Source: Lingula anatina
Lineage: Eukaryota; Animalia; Brachiopoda
Direction: 5' to 3'
Length of the DNA: 64,000 bases
Assembly (NCBI GenBank): GCA_051362555.1
Contig: CM120640.1
Location: 5,518,001-5,582,000, forward strand
In this document: piece after piece, positions 24,048 to 38,200 of the stretch
Layout: every line of letters starts with the position of its first letter
Numbering within the stretch: the first letter of the stretch is position 1
Translations under genes and position numbers: made by a program
The notes under the pieces: model-generated
What the model saw: only the letters and a program-made list of their open reading frames with translations
Told to the model about the DNA's origin: nothing
Database searches by the model: none

Positions 24048-25702
24048 TCAACTCCACTCCTCTGGGTTAACATCATATTCTGACATCATGGAGGTCAGTC
24101 TAAACCAGTAGTTCCACATTCCTACATCCACGATTTGATCCTTGAACTGCCACCACCTCCAGGAGACAGACTTACAGTGGGCGGCATACAGGTCCACATC
24201 CGAACCATAATCCTTCAAATACATCACTGAGCATATACCCAGGTTCAGCCGCCTTAGTTCATCATGGTTTACTGCCTGTGCCAACATCTGCATGTGCCTA
24301 TCACTGTTTGGGTTCCGAACAAGATGGCTAACTGCGAGTAAATCGTTAGTGTTCTGAATTAGTTTTATTCGAAAACTTTGTTCATCTGGATTGGTGTGCC
24401 ATGAATACAATAAGCCTCCTATTAGTGTTGTGTACCATGTGGCTCTGAAGGGATGGTCTGCAGCATCCTTGACAGTTTGTTTGGCAACATTTGTGTAATC
24501 AGTGTAGACTAGCTTTATGTAGTCAGCTGAAATTGAAGAACAAAGATGTATCAGCAAATATAAAGGGGACTGTGACAACAACCTGCTAAGAATAGTTTGC
24601 AAAGACAGCAGTTTGTAAAAATCAATTAAGTTATGTCATAATAATAACAGCAATAGTCAAATAATTTCAGAACAAACATTTCCAACTCAATCCCAGCAAC
24701 ATGACTTTTCAACAAAAGCATGCTTATTAAAATGCCCTAAGAAGCAACTGAATTAGAAAGAGATGATACCAGTAGTTCAAATAATTACTAAGTTATTTCA
24801 TGTATGCATACATAATGAATTGATCCTACAAAAAAATCACTCTGTCTTCTTAGCCATCTTTTCCGTAGAGTTTCCTTTATGTATCAGCAAAAGACCCAAC
24901 ACTATCAAAGAAGCACCCAGACACCAAACAAGGGATAATGTCTCTCCAAACAGAACTCTCCCCAATACAGCCGTGAAGAAAAAATTGGAAGCTGTATTTG
25001 TCACTGTTGCCTCCAACGAGCTGCTGCAGCCTTGTAAAGCCTTCACAAAGAATGTCCACATCAGTGCATTCCAGAGGAATATCATTGCAAAGAATGATGC
25101 CCTGAGGTAGTATATCACAGTGTTGCAGATCTCCTGGCTGGCGATAACACCATATGTGTCAAGCCCCAGTATACAATAGCTCAGGGCCACCTCCCCTGTC
25201 ATTGCCAGCTTTGCACTCACAGATGCCAAGGCAGCACACAAGCCTGCACACACTGCCAGCCCTGGGCCTAACATTTTGCTTAAGTTTCAGCTGCTTGGAT
25301 GTTCATTGAGTTCATGAAGGGTGCGTATCACATGGGGTTTTCCAATCTGAATGACCTCAGTTCCTCTTACTTTCCATTCCAACCTCCTGCAACAGAGAAT
25401 TCCTTAATACAAAACCTGATTGTTATGTCATGAACAGCTTTGACTGAATCAGTTTGCATACCAAATTATGAAAATCTCTCTTGCAAGGGAAGCACAAGTG
25501 AGCTGAGATCATTCAGATTCGAAAAATTTACAGCACTACAGCAGAATCCACTGACGACTCAATGTCATGTTTTAGATCGCCGAAAAGGGTAGTTGAGTCG
25601 ACATGTAATTATTATTACTACAAGTTATTGTCATTTTTTATAACTTTGATATTTACCAACGTAACTGCCGAAACGTTTCAGACGTCCACCTGCCTTCGCC
25701 AT
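24048..25702 (-). CDS. TIMM29: Mitochondrial import inner membrane translocase subunit Tim29; 2 coding exons
   Basis: Exon 25702-25657 (MAKAGGRLKRFGSYV, phase 1, gtaaat) joins exon 24526-24048 (phase 1). Motifs RNPNSD, LRRLNLGICSVMY, LYAAHC, IVDVG..W..L..M.EYDVNPEEW match the Tim29 family. Confidence 0.9.
24837..25274 (-). CDS. TMEM42: Transmembrane protein 42 (EamA/DMT-like small membrane protein), nested in the TIMM29 intron on the same strand
   Basis: 145 aa with AGLCAALASVSAKLA, NALMWTFFVKAL, ATVTNTASNFFFTAVLG..LFGE.LSL.W..GASLI typical of TMEM42; upstream acceptor ctgttgcag ends at 25387. Confidence 0.9.
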   Translation of the reverse strand: MLGPGLAVCAGLCAALASVSAKLAMTGEVALSYCILGLDTYGVIASQEICNTVIYYLRASFFAMIFLWNALMWTFFVKALQGCSSSLEATVTNTASNFFFTAVLGRVLFGETLSLVWCLGASLIVLGLLLIHKGNSTEKMAKKTE

Positions 25703-25939
25703 GCTTTGATTATGGTAGCTGCGGAGCTGAATTTGAAACAAAATAATTCTCTACCTTTGATTTCTAAAATACTCTTGTATAGAAGTAAAAAATAAATATA
25801 TAAATAATACAATTTTACCAGAGCTTTTAATGACCTTTTAGTGTAAGATTTTAACCGGAAAATAATTTGCTGCGGCACTATAATAAGTGCCAACACAAAT
25901 TTGGCACAAATTTCACATTAGAAGGTGTCATACAACAGA
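25703..25939. promoter_or_regulatory. Inferred bidirectional promoter for TIMM29/TMEM42 and YIPF
   Basis: Only 237 bp separate the divergent start codons. Confidence 0.7.
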
Positions 25940-28900
25940 ATGGCAGGAAAAGATTCCACGTTACTTGATATTGATCAGGTATTTAATACAACAGTTTCTG
26001 CTGTTTCGTGTGGTCTTTGTGATGTATCAGGACTGTAATTTTTCTCTTTGAGTATCGTGAACTACAAGCAGACGAGTGTGATGTACATTTAGTGTTGCAT
26101 GAATTATTCATCTGTGATAATAATATAGCTATATTTATACATTGTTCACTTACCATTGGTGAAGTGATGGTTACTTTAAGTTATGGTTTACTTGGCCGGT
26201 TACCACTTACGACCTTATTATTATTGAAGTTTTACGTTATGTTTATCTTGTAGTGGGATAAAACAAAGGTTGTCTTACATGGTTTTTACATCCATCAAGT
26301 ATCAAGCTGGTAGTTAACAGTGCAATATCAATAGGTTATACCAGTATTACATTGCAACTCTACTGACGCTACACTGACTCTACATGAATCCATTTGCAAG
26401 ATGTTGTATACAAACTAAAACTTTTTTTTATTCATTGCAGGATCCAGCTGATCAGTTAGAGTTTCAAGGTATCTGAATCAATTAAATTAGATTTTTGATG
26501 AGTTTGAAATACTCTTAATCGAAATGCTTTTTCTTCAGTAACAAGAGTTTCCACTACATGTATGTCATAAACTGAGTTGATGTTTGGGGAATGGGGGCTC
26601 ATGTTTCATTTAAAGGCGCCCCCAAAAAAGCCTTCATTGTTACTTTTACTTCATGATGATTTAAGAACGGACTTAAACATGTATCTGTATATAGATAGCA
26701 GATGTTCAGTAAGGCATATTATGAAAATCCAACTTGTGTACATATTGGTATATGCTGGTAGTAGCTTTTTATATAATTCCTTTGAAAAACAATGTTATGA
26801 TTTAAAAAGTCCAGCAAAGCTCACAAACAATTTGATGGAAACAACATCTATTGCTTTTTCCCAGATATTCCCCATATTCATGGTTCTGAAAAGGGTCCAC
26901 GTGATGAAGATGGTCAGACACACACATTTACCACTTTCCCTGCAGCAGCTGATGATTCTGAGGATGAAGTGGAGGGCAAACCACAGGTGATGTGTGGACA
27001 TTTGAATTCAGGACTATATTCTATTAATTTAATAAGAGTGTATTAAATCATATAGCTGAAGAAATATGTGTATATTTGAACTCAATGCATTAACATGGAT
27101 TCTGCTACACCACTTTAGTAAACCCTGACCATCAATGTTTGATGCAGTGTTTCATGCATTTTGCAATCGACTAATGGAAATTATAAGATAATGTAATTGA
27201 ATAATCCAAAATAATTAGTTTGGACCAGTTGACAAAATAGTCTTGAAGAATCTGAAGCTAAATTTTCCCCCTTGATATAAATACATTTATATCAGTATGG
27301 AAGACATTTTTTTTTTGTATTTGATAAAATCATAAATTTTTTTTCTCTCCTTACCAGCTGTTGACAGACAAAAAACAACCATCGTTTTGGACATTTGAGT
27401 ACTACCAGACCCTGTTTGATGTTGACACCATTCAAGTAGTAATCAGGATTCTGAACTCTGTGGTGCCCAGGCCTAAATCTAACTATCTCCAGTCCTATAT
27501 TAGACCAAACCCAGACTTGTATGGTATGATTTTTGAATTCTCAAAATTTTCTATCTGTAATTCAAAATTGATTTTAAAAAGTAAAAACCAAGGGTAACAT
27601 AGACATACTGGAGAGACTAAGACTTGTTGAGTGTAACTAAAATGTGCATGCAAAATTACATCACATTAAAACTGTAGAGAGAGCACCATTTGATTTCCTG
27701 ACAGCATTTTTCCCCAATATTCCAGGTCCCTTTTGGATATGTGCAACATTAATTTTCACCACAGCAATCACTGGAAACCTGGCAAACTATTTTCACACAG
27801 AAGGGAGAGATTACGAATGGAAATATGATTTTCACAAAGGTGAGAAATTAACAGAATCTTAATATTGTTTAGCTTTTGCATGTTTGCTGTGTGTATTTAT
27901 AGTTTGACAGTTATGGCAAAAAATTACTATGTTTTCTTTTTAACAGTGCTTGCTTGGTATGCTTTGTATTTTTCAATTAATTGAAATTATTAATAGATTA
28001 AGTTTGTTTGGTGTTGTAGCAGCAAGATTTCAATGAAACTCCTTGGGCAGAACACAACTTACAAGGCAACCAGTATTCACAAAAAGACTTTAATTTGTTA
28101 TTTGATGAATCATTTCATTTCTGATATATTTGCTTTCAGTGACATTCTCAGCTACAGCAATCTTCAGCTATTGGCTCCTGGTCCCCTTAGCGCTGTGGGG
28201 GTTCTTGTGGTGGAGGCGTAGCTCAGCTGGATATAGCTTCTTAGAGATACTCTGTGTATATGGGTATTCTCTGGCCATATATGTCCCAGTGTCAGTAAGT
28301 ATTGACTTACAACTGATGAAATTCTGGCAAATTTTTATTTATATATTGTTGTGGCACGATTTTGGTGATTCCCCTCCTTAAATATTATTCATTTAGTGCT
28401 GACTTCATATATATATGCAGATTCCATTTTGTTACCTTTCCTACAGTGTACCTAGATAAAGTTTTTGAATTGATTTCAGATCCTGTGGGTGATTAATATC
28501 AGTTGGCTTCAATATTTATTGGTGATTCTATCCATGGTGCTATCTGGGACAGTCCTTGTAATTGTGTTTTGGCCAGCGGTGAAGGAAGATGATAAAAAAG
28601 TAAGTTGACAAGACTCTGTCTTGATTTGTTAACAGTGTGTACAATAGTGTTGCTGTTTTGTTGATTTTAAATAATCTGAGTAATTATTTATTTGTTGTTC
28701 AAAGAATGGAATTTTAACAACATTAGCATTTAAAGGGGTGGGTTGCATATTGTGTCATTTCCTCATCAGTCTATTCTAAAGTACCGCACACAAACCATTT
28801 TTCAGCCTTTTTAGAGACTCATTTTGTACTTACTATGAGGTCATTGATATTACATGCAATATAATACAATAATTTGAATTTATTTTTATTTTCAAGTCTG

Positions 28901-30530
28901 TGATCTTTGACCCCGTAAGAGATTTTCCTTTGTTTTTGGTGTTTTGAAAAGGCACTTTATTCAGGCTCCTTCGTCCCTACCCTCATTCACAATTTTATTA
29001 AGATTAAAATCTCTGCTTTTTTAATAGCTTAAGGTAGAGATTTTTAGTTATCAAAATAAAGGGCTTTCTGATTAATGACCAACATAACTAAAATATGCCA
29101 TGTTTTAAGTATTTTATTGTTATTGAAATTAAGGAAACAAAATTATAGAGCATGCCACAGTAATTATAATGTTGAGAGAAAATAATGTTTCAGTGGGGAC
29201 TACCAAAATTTAAAAAAAAAAAAAGATCTAAAGTTTAAATGATTTTGAAAAATGTTTTGGTGTATGAATGGATTAGGTGAAGTTAACATTGAGCATTATG
29301 TTCAGAGAGTTAATTTTGCAATCAAAAGCTCTTTCATGAAAAATCTTGCACCAATAAATTTGCTTCCTTTCCTATAGTTTAGTTGTTTGTTTGCTGACTG
29401 AACAAAATCAAACTTTATTTTCTTATTTTGAAACTCTCAAATGACATGCCTGTGTTAGAAAGAAAAAGAGGTGTGGGTAAATTGTGGGTAATTTTTTTAT
29501 TTGGGGGGGAAATATGTGAGATTTTTTTTTTTTTTTGAGGTTTTGTAATGATTTCCACTTCCCAATCCTTGTCCCTTTAAATTTGATTTGTAAATTAATT
29601 TGCTTGGTCAATTATGCCATATCTTGCCATTAATGGGGATGGCTTGTGATCTTCCACCAAGATTTTTTGTAGGTATAATCCAATTGATATATTTTCCTCA
29701 ATAAACGCTGCAGCTCATTTGTTTTTAATTACAAAACTCCCTTTATGTTGAAAGCTAAAACAAACATTTACCTTTTACCTGTTTTCTTTTTGATTTGCAT
29801 ATCAATTATTTTATTTGTAAAGACATTTAACTTGCACATTTGGGGTTAATATTGGGTCATTGATGGAAGATAGATGTGAAGATTTACTTTAAAAATATAT
29901 TGAATATATTTCCTTTGTATGATTGGGTTCTTGATCAATGTAATGACAAATATGCTTGAACATTTTTTTTAAACTGATTGTTGGTAGTTATTCAGTGTAT
30001 TAACAATATTTAATGGGTTCACTTTTTTTTTTTTTGAAGAGTTGCCCAAATTATTACAGACAGATAAAATGCATTATGTTATATTTTTTGGCATACTTTC
30101 TGTAGTGTCAGTATATGTTTTCAGGTTGCTCTTGGTACTCTACTTGTCATATTTCTCCTGCATGGCTTGTTAGCTGTAGGATTTATGGTGAGTGGCCATT
30201 CAGTGACAGGGAACTACATGTACATGGTCAATCTTTAATGTTGCCAATTACTGTTCCAACATATCTTTAACTGTAGAAGGTTGAAGTCTAATATTATAAT
30301 AAAGATGAAACAGCTTTTGACATTTAAATTGTGATGAGTAATACATATATTGTTTATTCCAGCTTTATTTCTTCCGGTTTGCAAGTGAGTCCGGTTCATC
30401 ATCAAATGTGACAACACCAGCAGCAGTGACATCTATGGTTAATTTACAAGCTAACCCTGAAGCTCAAACCAAAGTGACACAAGTTCTAACAACAGCTGCA
30501 AAGCAACTCATGAACTCTTCAAAAACGTGA
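25940..30530 (+). CDS. YIPF1: Yip1-domain family protein (YIPF1/YIPF2 co-ortholog); 9 coding exons
   Basis: Exons 25940-25978, 26441-26468, 26865-26986, 27358-27523, 27726-27839, 28140-28294, 28480-28599, 30125-30187, 30363-30530 in phase. Motifs FWTFEYYQTLFDVDT, IRPNPDLYGPFWICATLIF, FLEILCVYGYSL, LHGLLAVGFMLYFF. Confidence 0.93.
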
Positions 30531-32267
30531 TCTGATTTTTCATAACCTTTCAGACCAATTACCTTTAATAGTAGTGGTATAATCAGTGGTATAATCAAGT
30601 ATAATCAGAACTTTTCATTAAGTCAGACCTCTACAATATGCATAAGAACAAGCTATTTCTTCTCAGACGAAATGTTCATTATGCTTGAATGGACAGTTCT
30701 TTTCTCTCCTTGATGAGAGGGTGTTTACGTCTACTTGGATTTTAATGTGCTTGTACAAACTGAACTGGCATTTTCTGTTGTTTTCCCTGGTGGAATAGTT
30801 ATATCTCTCAAGATTGTAAACGGTGTTTTCTTCACTTGTAGACAGGCAGCTACACCAGGTTTTTTTGTGCATTCCCCATTTGGTAAATGTTTTCATGGTA
30901 CTTCCATAGCATGTGTAAGTTATTCTAAGTTATGGAATCCAGACAGTCTGGTCTCTCACTAATATTTATAGGTTATTTCTTGCTGTAGAGTTGTCACAGG
31001 GAATGGGTATAGGTGCTTTATCTATCTCAAATATAAATCTATGAGACATAATATGGATATTTTTGTTGTTTTGTGGAAGTGTGGAAATAGGTTTCCCTTT
31101 GTACTGCTTGAATTAAATGAATATAAGTTTATTTACAAGTGCCCCTGATATAAGTATGAGAAGCAGAGGATCTGAGATGGGAATATTAGATGGAATTAAA
31201 CAAAGTGATAATAATGAGAATAATTTGATGTGACCCATGCAGGCATGGACCATAGAACTCTTTTGAAACTTTGAAACACTTGTTACCTGAAAATATTGCA
31301 TTCTTCCTGTCGCAAAATTTTTCATCTAGATCTTTAAGTTAGAAAATAACTAAAACATGTTTATTATACATTTCCACAATATATTGTCAAGTCCGTGCAT
31401 GTGCATGAAAGATTTTAATGGCATTTAAATGCATTTGTGTATTTATGTTGTCAAAAGATAGACTACAAGATAATCCAGATTTAGGGTTTTTTAAATTCTA
31501 CTGTTACTTTTCAGAAATAAGGGAGGATAAAAATAAAATCATTTGTGAAATTCTTTGAAATATGTCATTATTTTAAAGAAAAGCTAGGGATTAAATTGGT
31601 CTACAGATTCTAATCCAAGTGATGGAAAGAACACAATTATGTCTGCACTGCAAAAAGATAAAATATTTTCATAGAAGATGTTCATACCAGCTAGTTCACA
31701 AAGCACAATGCAGTGATGTGCTATAAGATATCCGTTTTGTGCTGCTACAAATAATCTATATGAACACTCCTGAAAAGAAAAGAAATGTGCCCCACAACGG
31801 GAAGATGTTTGAGTTTGAGGGAATCGCATTAAAGTAAATTTTTGATTTATCATTTATTAACTTCATTATTATTACTGCATAAAAATGGCAAGGCTATTAA
31901 CTTGAACCCCCCCCCCTTTAGTTAAGTATCCTGGAATCTGTTAACAAAAATCATACTGCATCTTCTGTTGGTTATCAATTTATTACTGAGATAAATATAT
32001 TGGCATTTCTTTCAATTTCTTTGATTCCTTTGATCAGATTGATTTAATCAGATAATTAAAGGCTATTGCAGCTGATGGCAAATCACAAAGGATGTTCTTG
32101 CTGTAAATGAAATCATATTTCATAATTTTCCATGTTCTGATCTTTCTTTTTCCAGGTAAAAGGGACTGATATATAAAGTCCAGGTGAGTGGATTTGTAAT
32201 AAATATGCTTGTCCCAGTGGTGCTTCACAAAGCTTGCCTTTGGACCATAAAGAGAATCACAAGGAAT

Positions 32268-35200
32268 TCAGTGTCTGTCTAGTCGACATATAGGATTATT
32301 ATACACCATTTGTAGGTTGACTTTTGGTCCAATCAGATCACGGATGTTGTCTATGCCATACTTGATCATGGTGGGCCTGACAGAAAAGAAGAGAAATATC
32401 ATTTTAATCAGATTGCTGGTATTATTATTATTATAGATAACTAAATCTAAATACTCATTTTATAGTCCGATTTTGTTTACATACTATCTATACCTCCTTG
32501 AAGATTTATCTGCATTGGACTATCTGCAAATTTATCTGCTTTGAACTATCTGCAAATTTCTTAATCTGAAACAAATTGTTCTAGCAGTTTCTTCCTTCAA
32601 AATATAATAAATACAAAAATAAAGGTATAAACTTAAAATTACTTTCTTAGATAACAAGGTTGGCAATCTGCCCATACCTTTCTAAGGAAAGTCCCCATGC
32701 AATCACTTGAACATTGTCTGGCAACCCCATGGGGAGCAACATTTCTGGCCGGAAAACACCAGAGTTTCCAATCTCGACCCATTTCTTCAGACCTGCAGTA
32801 TAAAACACACAGTTACATTGCACTGCTTACATGGGCATGCTCTATCTTGTAATATATTTAAAACAAATCACTGGGTAGAACTTTTCAGTTAGCATTTGCT
32901 TTGTATTAGGCAAACCAGTTTCTCACCAAGTGGATGTTATCCGACTTAGATAATAAGATAATAACTTTACTTACTATAATTATTTCATGGATAAAATTGG
33001 TAAAAAGTAGTATATTCTTTTACTAATGATAAAAAATAAAACAGTAATTGATGCTTTAATGGCTATCCTGGCACAACTCTATATGCCAAATAATTAGATA
33101 ATAAGCAATTATCTTGTGAAAACTGAGGCACTAGTCAATACTATTTAAAACAGAACCTGTAAAAATCCTTGTTTACACAACAAAAAATAAAACCTAGCTT
33201 TGTTCCAAATGAAAATGTTTGGCGACAAGGCAATGTTAGCATCACCTCATAAGAATTCTCTCCATTGACTCTCAAACTTTCATAAGAAATCCATACCTGG
33301 ATGATAGCCAAATATCTCCATGCTAGGTTCCGTGTAGGGGTTGTACGCTGGCTTGAAACGTAATTTATGGATACCTAATGGGATATGACCAGATACATAT
33401 TGGTTAATTTCTTACAAACTGACAAAAATTTTAACGAACTATTTTACTATCTTTTACCAGTTTAGTTACACATAAACTTCCACACCATTAGCATCTATGA
33501 AAACTACATAACAAAGAGATCACACTTTGCAGACTAATACTGTAACAATTATATTAACTACCATAACTATAATAACAGGTCTAAAACTCCACTTTTCATC
33601 CCACCCACCTAGTTTTTTAAAGAATTCTTTGATAACTCCCATCAAGTCCCCAAGTGTGAGGCCATAGTCTGCCACCAGACCCTCTATCTGGTGGAACTCT
33701 GCTAGATGGGTGGCATCCAGGGTCTCATTCCTGAACACACGGTCTATGGAGAAATACTTCACAGGGGTAAACTTCTCCTGGAAAAGTGGCAAAATGTTTA
33801 AAAAACGAAATAGTTATATGCACATCATATGCTTAAGGATGCTGATTATTAACTAGACCTTCACTTGTGTAGAAATCCATCCATTGTTTATATTCAGTGT
33901 ATTTTTACCTTTCTTGTGCCAGCAGCCTATGCAGGCTTTGCTGTGATATGTACGAGAGAAAAACGTCAAACTGTACTGCATATACCCATATTCATGCATT
34001 TCTCCATCAACTCAGACTTAAACTTCTAATCTATGACCTAAAAAGCACCAGCTATTTGCCATCATAGGCATGAAAGAGAATATCTCAATTTCATCATAAG
34101 TACAATCAAATCAAAGAAGAGGCAAGCAATTACTTTCAAACACAAATCTGAGCTTATTGGAATTTGAAGTGCCGTTCAAGGAGAACCAATAATCCTTTCT
34201 TTGTCCAAGGAGAAATGTAAGCCATCAAATTCAATGAACACATAAGTTCCTCCTAGCAAATACAAATTAATTCTGCACCTCTTAAGCCATTGTTAGCTGA
34301 GATTGATGAGAACAATTTAAAAGACAGATGGTAGAATATATTGACAATTGGACATTCTGGTGGCATGCTGATCCTGAGATAAAACCTCATAAAAAACGAG
34401 TGCATGGCATTTTTTCATTTTATGCATCCTAGAAACTACAGGAACACAAACAGAAGCTTCAGAGCAAAATTTGACAACATGAAACTTTTGTGGGTTTTGA
34501 GCTATTTTCTACTGACTGTAAAGGCGCAGACTACGGGAGGCAGCTGCGAACTGACCCCTCCTGATGTCATTGGACCTTACTACATGGTACTCAAGCACCA
34601 GCGCCAACTTGAAAAAGATGAAAATCTATGTGAAAAAGACCCAGCCTTTGCCAGCCTTCACAAGCTTTGGGTGATGGGTCAGGTCAAATCGGAAGACTGT
34701 GCGACTCCCCTAGCAGCAGCTCAGTTGGAAATATGGCAGGCTGACCATACGGGAAATTACCACAAGTTTTGGTGCAGGGGTTTCATATATACCAACCAGG
34801 AGGGCTACTTCCAATTCTGGACCATCCATCCAGGCAACTACGGCCATCGTCCAGCCCATATCCACTTCAAGGTGACCCACCCTGGACACATATCTATCAT
34901 AACCCAGATGTATTTTGCTGGAGATGCCTACCTGGGCCAGGGAGACTCTTGTTCTGTTTGTGCTTCAGACAATCCACTGCTGATCAAACGAGAATGCAGC
35001 ATAGAAAAATCAAGACACAAAGCAATAGCCTTCAATATCATCCTTAGGAAAGGGAAAGGAATGCTTATGTTAGAGGATACTGAGGATGAAGAAAAAGGGG
35101 AGTTTAATATATGAATTAAAGTTAGAATGTATTCTGACTCAGGACAAGGAAGAGATAATGGAAAATAATACTGAATCTGCTGAAGATTAACTTACAACCT

Positions 35201-38200
35201 GTTGTTCTACTTATTATGAAGGTGGAGCTTTTTTTCATATTTTTTTCAAAGTGTATGGAATAAAAAAAATGTACATTACAAATTGATAATCTGTTGTTGT
35301 TTAAGAAAAACATGTTGTATAGAAAAAGTAAAATGCCTCTGTTATGGGCAGCAAAACAGTGACATTTTGCTTCTGCTTACAGACCATCTGTTAGTTATCA
35401 CATGCTGCTTACTCTGTTAAGGCTCTTATTGCTTACAATCCCCACATTATGATGTTTGGGTATTATGTTGTAAGCTGAAATACTGGACCTTTAAGTATTT
35501 GGTGTTAGCAAATTTAGTTAATTTTCCAATATTTACCTTACCCTTTCAACTATATATTATATAAGAATAGTATTTTATAACAATTCAAACGTGGTAGAAG
35601 CCCATGACTTTACTTACCATAATTATTTCATGGATAAAATTGGTAAAAAGTAGTATATTCTTTTACTAATGATTAAAAATAAAACAGTAATTGATGATTT
35701 AATGGCTATATCCTGGCACAACTCTATATGCCAAATAATTTCAAAAGTTACTGATGTCAGAGGCCACATCAGCAAGAGCAGGGTGAATATAATCATGTAG
35801 TTGTCTTCAAAAATGTTATTCAAAGAATGGCATACAGCAATGATACAATCTTATCAATTAGGAAAATTGTAGATTTTAATGATTCTTTACTTTGTAAGTC
35901 ATAAATTAAGTCATAAATTCTTTAAATTAGAAGATTTCTATCTATCAGTGGCAGCAACAAAATTGAAAAGCAGGCTACCATACATTTCCATTCTACGCAG
36001 TTACAGCATCATTGATCAAAATGCTATATAAAAACACACATTTTATTATTCTAAATTTTTTGAAAAATTGATAATTATTTGCAATTGAAAAGATGGAGTT
36101 ATTATCGAACTCTGATAATGTTACAACATGGATGCTACCATACACATCCTAATTTTGGATCCAACTGCAAAAGCATTATTTTTTTAATTGAAATTATTTT
36201 TATTCTTTTTAAATTTCAATCTAATAATAACAAGAATGGAAGTTACACTCCAATTCATATCACTGAAATATCACCTTATACAATTCTGATTTTCATCAAT
36301 TTATACATTCATTTTTTTAAGAACAGTGGTGTCTTGTGCTACTGCTTACAGACCATCTGTTAGATATCACATGCTGCTTACTCTGTAAATGCTCTTATTG
36401 CTAACACTCCCCATTTCGTGATGTTTGGGCATTATGCAGTAAAATGAAATACTGGACAATTTACCAAATAGCCCTTGATGTATTTTGGTATTATTAAATC
36501 TGGACGAATTTCCCATCCTTTTTTTCATTTAAACACTATCTGACAAAATCCTACAACAACCTACAAAAGTCACTAAAAGCCTAGACTTATTTCCATTTCA
36601 TGACAAAAATAAAAACCAAAGTCCTCCAATTTATTTCATGATTTATAGTAAATATCTCACAGCTGCATACATAATGCACATGGCGTAACTTCAAATGTCA
36701 GAAATCCAAAAGTTACCAGAGTGAGAAGACAAAATGAGGAGATTGAGCCTAATCCTGTCCCTGTTCATCATATGTAGCAGCCTCCTGTTAACTATTGAGG
36801 CACAAAGAAATGGCACATGTCTGACCCCTCCAGACATCTTGGGGCCCTACTATCTGAGACTGAAAAAGCAGCAGCAGCTGCAGGAAAATGACAACCTCTG
36901 CGCCATAGATGCCAACTTCTCCAACCTCCGAAAACACATGGTAGATGGCTATGTTCGGTCAAGTGACTGCGCAACCCCAGTCCCAGGGGCCCTAGTTGAG
37001 GTTTGGCAGGCAGATAGTAAGGGATCCTATCACTGGGATGGCTGCCGGGGATATACCTATACCAACCAACAGGGCTACTTCAAGTTCTTCACCATCCAGC
37101 CTGGAAACTATGGCAGACGTCCTGCTCACATCCACTTCAAGGTGAGCCACCAGGGGCACACCACTCTCGTCACCCAGATGTACTTCTCTGGAGACAGGTA
37201 CCTGAGTCCCAAAGATTCTTGTAAGGTGTGCGCCTCCGACAACCCCCTCCTCATCACCCGCACCACCCCAGCTGAGATCCCTGGGTACAGAGTGACCAAG
37301 TTTGACATTAACCTGGAGTTGGGTGTTGGGATGTGGCTGATGGATGACCCCGATCTACAGGGATATCAGAGATACAGAATAAAAGGTTGATACCGAAATG
37401 GCATATGTGACTTTTCTATTATATTTACTCCAGGCACAAATTATCAAACTTTCTGCAGACAAGAATACACAGGTGACAGTGACTGAAAAACTGGGAGCAG
37501 TTTTAGCAATTTTGTTGACTTGAAAGAAGAAAAAAGGCTATTATAATTTAATTACCATACCACATTGAAACATCTATATCTAAAACTTACTTCAAACAGT
37601 ATGGTGATGGTTTAATTCTGACATCAAGATATTCCTTTTGTATTGGTATTTGAAAAAAGTGCTTGTTTTCAGAAATTTAATAAATAGACAGCATGCAAGC
37701 AGATATTAAGTTTTTTATTTGAAATAAACAAACAAATATGCTCCAGAATCTTTCCAAAAGCACAGGAAAAACAAAGTTGATACAATGTGCTACCTGGATT
37801 TAAGCTGTCTGTAATAATAGTACAGGTCAGGTGTGTGGGTATCTGTCAACACCATATCCTGTCAGGTAGGTTAAGAGTGCATACTACTGTAACATATTAA
37901 AGCATACCAAGCATAACCTAGGGATACTTCAATCAAAGTTAACAAATTCTGTGCACCATCCTCTCTCAATGTGATGACCGCAGGTGTCAATTTCACTAGA
38001 ATGGTCCAGAACAGATGGGGCAGATAACCCAAACTTCTCAGAACTTCCCTCCACATATTTCAATCATCACAACCAGGAGTCTTTCACGTAAGAAAATACA
38101 CCCAGTCTTCTGATTTTACCTACAAAAACTGGGTATACTGCTTCTGCAGAGCAGTAGGAAATAGATATGTTCCTGGCTTCAGACTGACAATGGCTCTGAC

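Noticed and set aside
34404-37390. Bacterial contamination as the source of the dioxygenase genes
   Set aside because: They sit between in-phase FARSA exons, have host-like AT-rich flanks sharing a repeat with another FARSA intron, and carry signal peptides.
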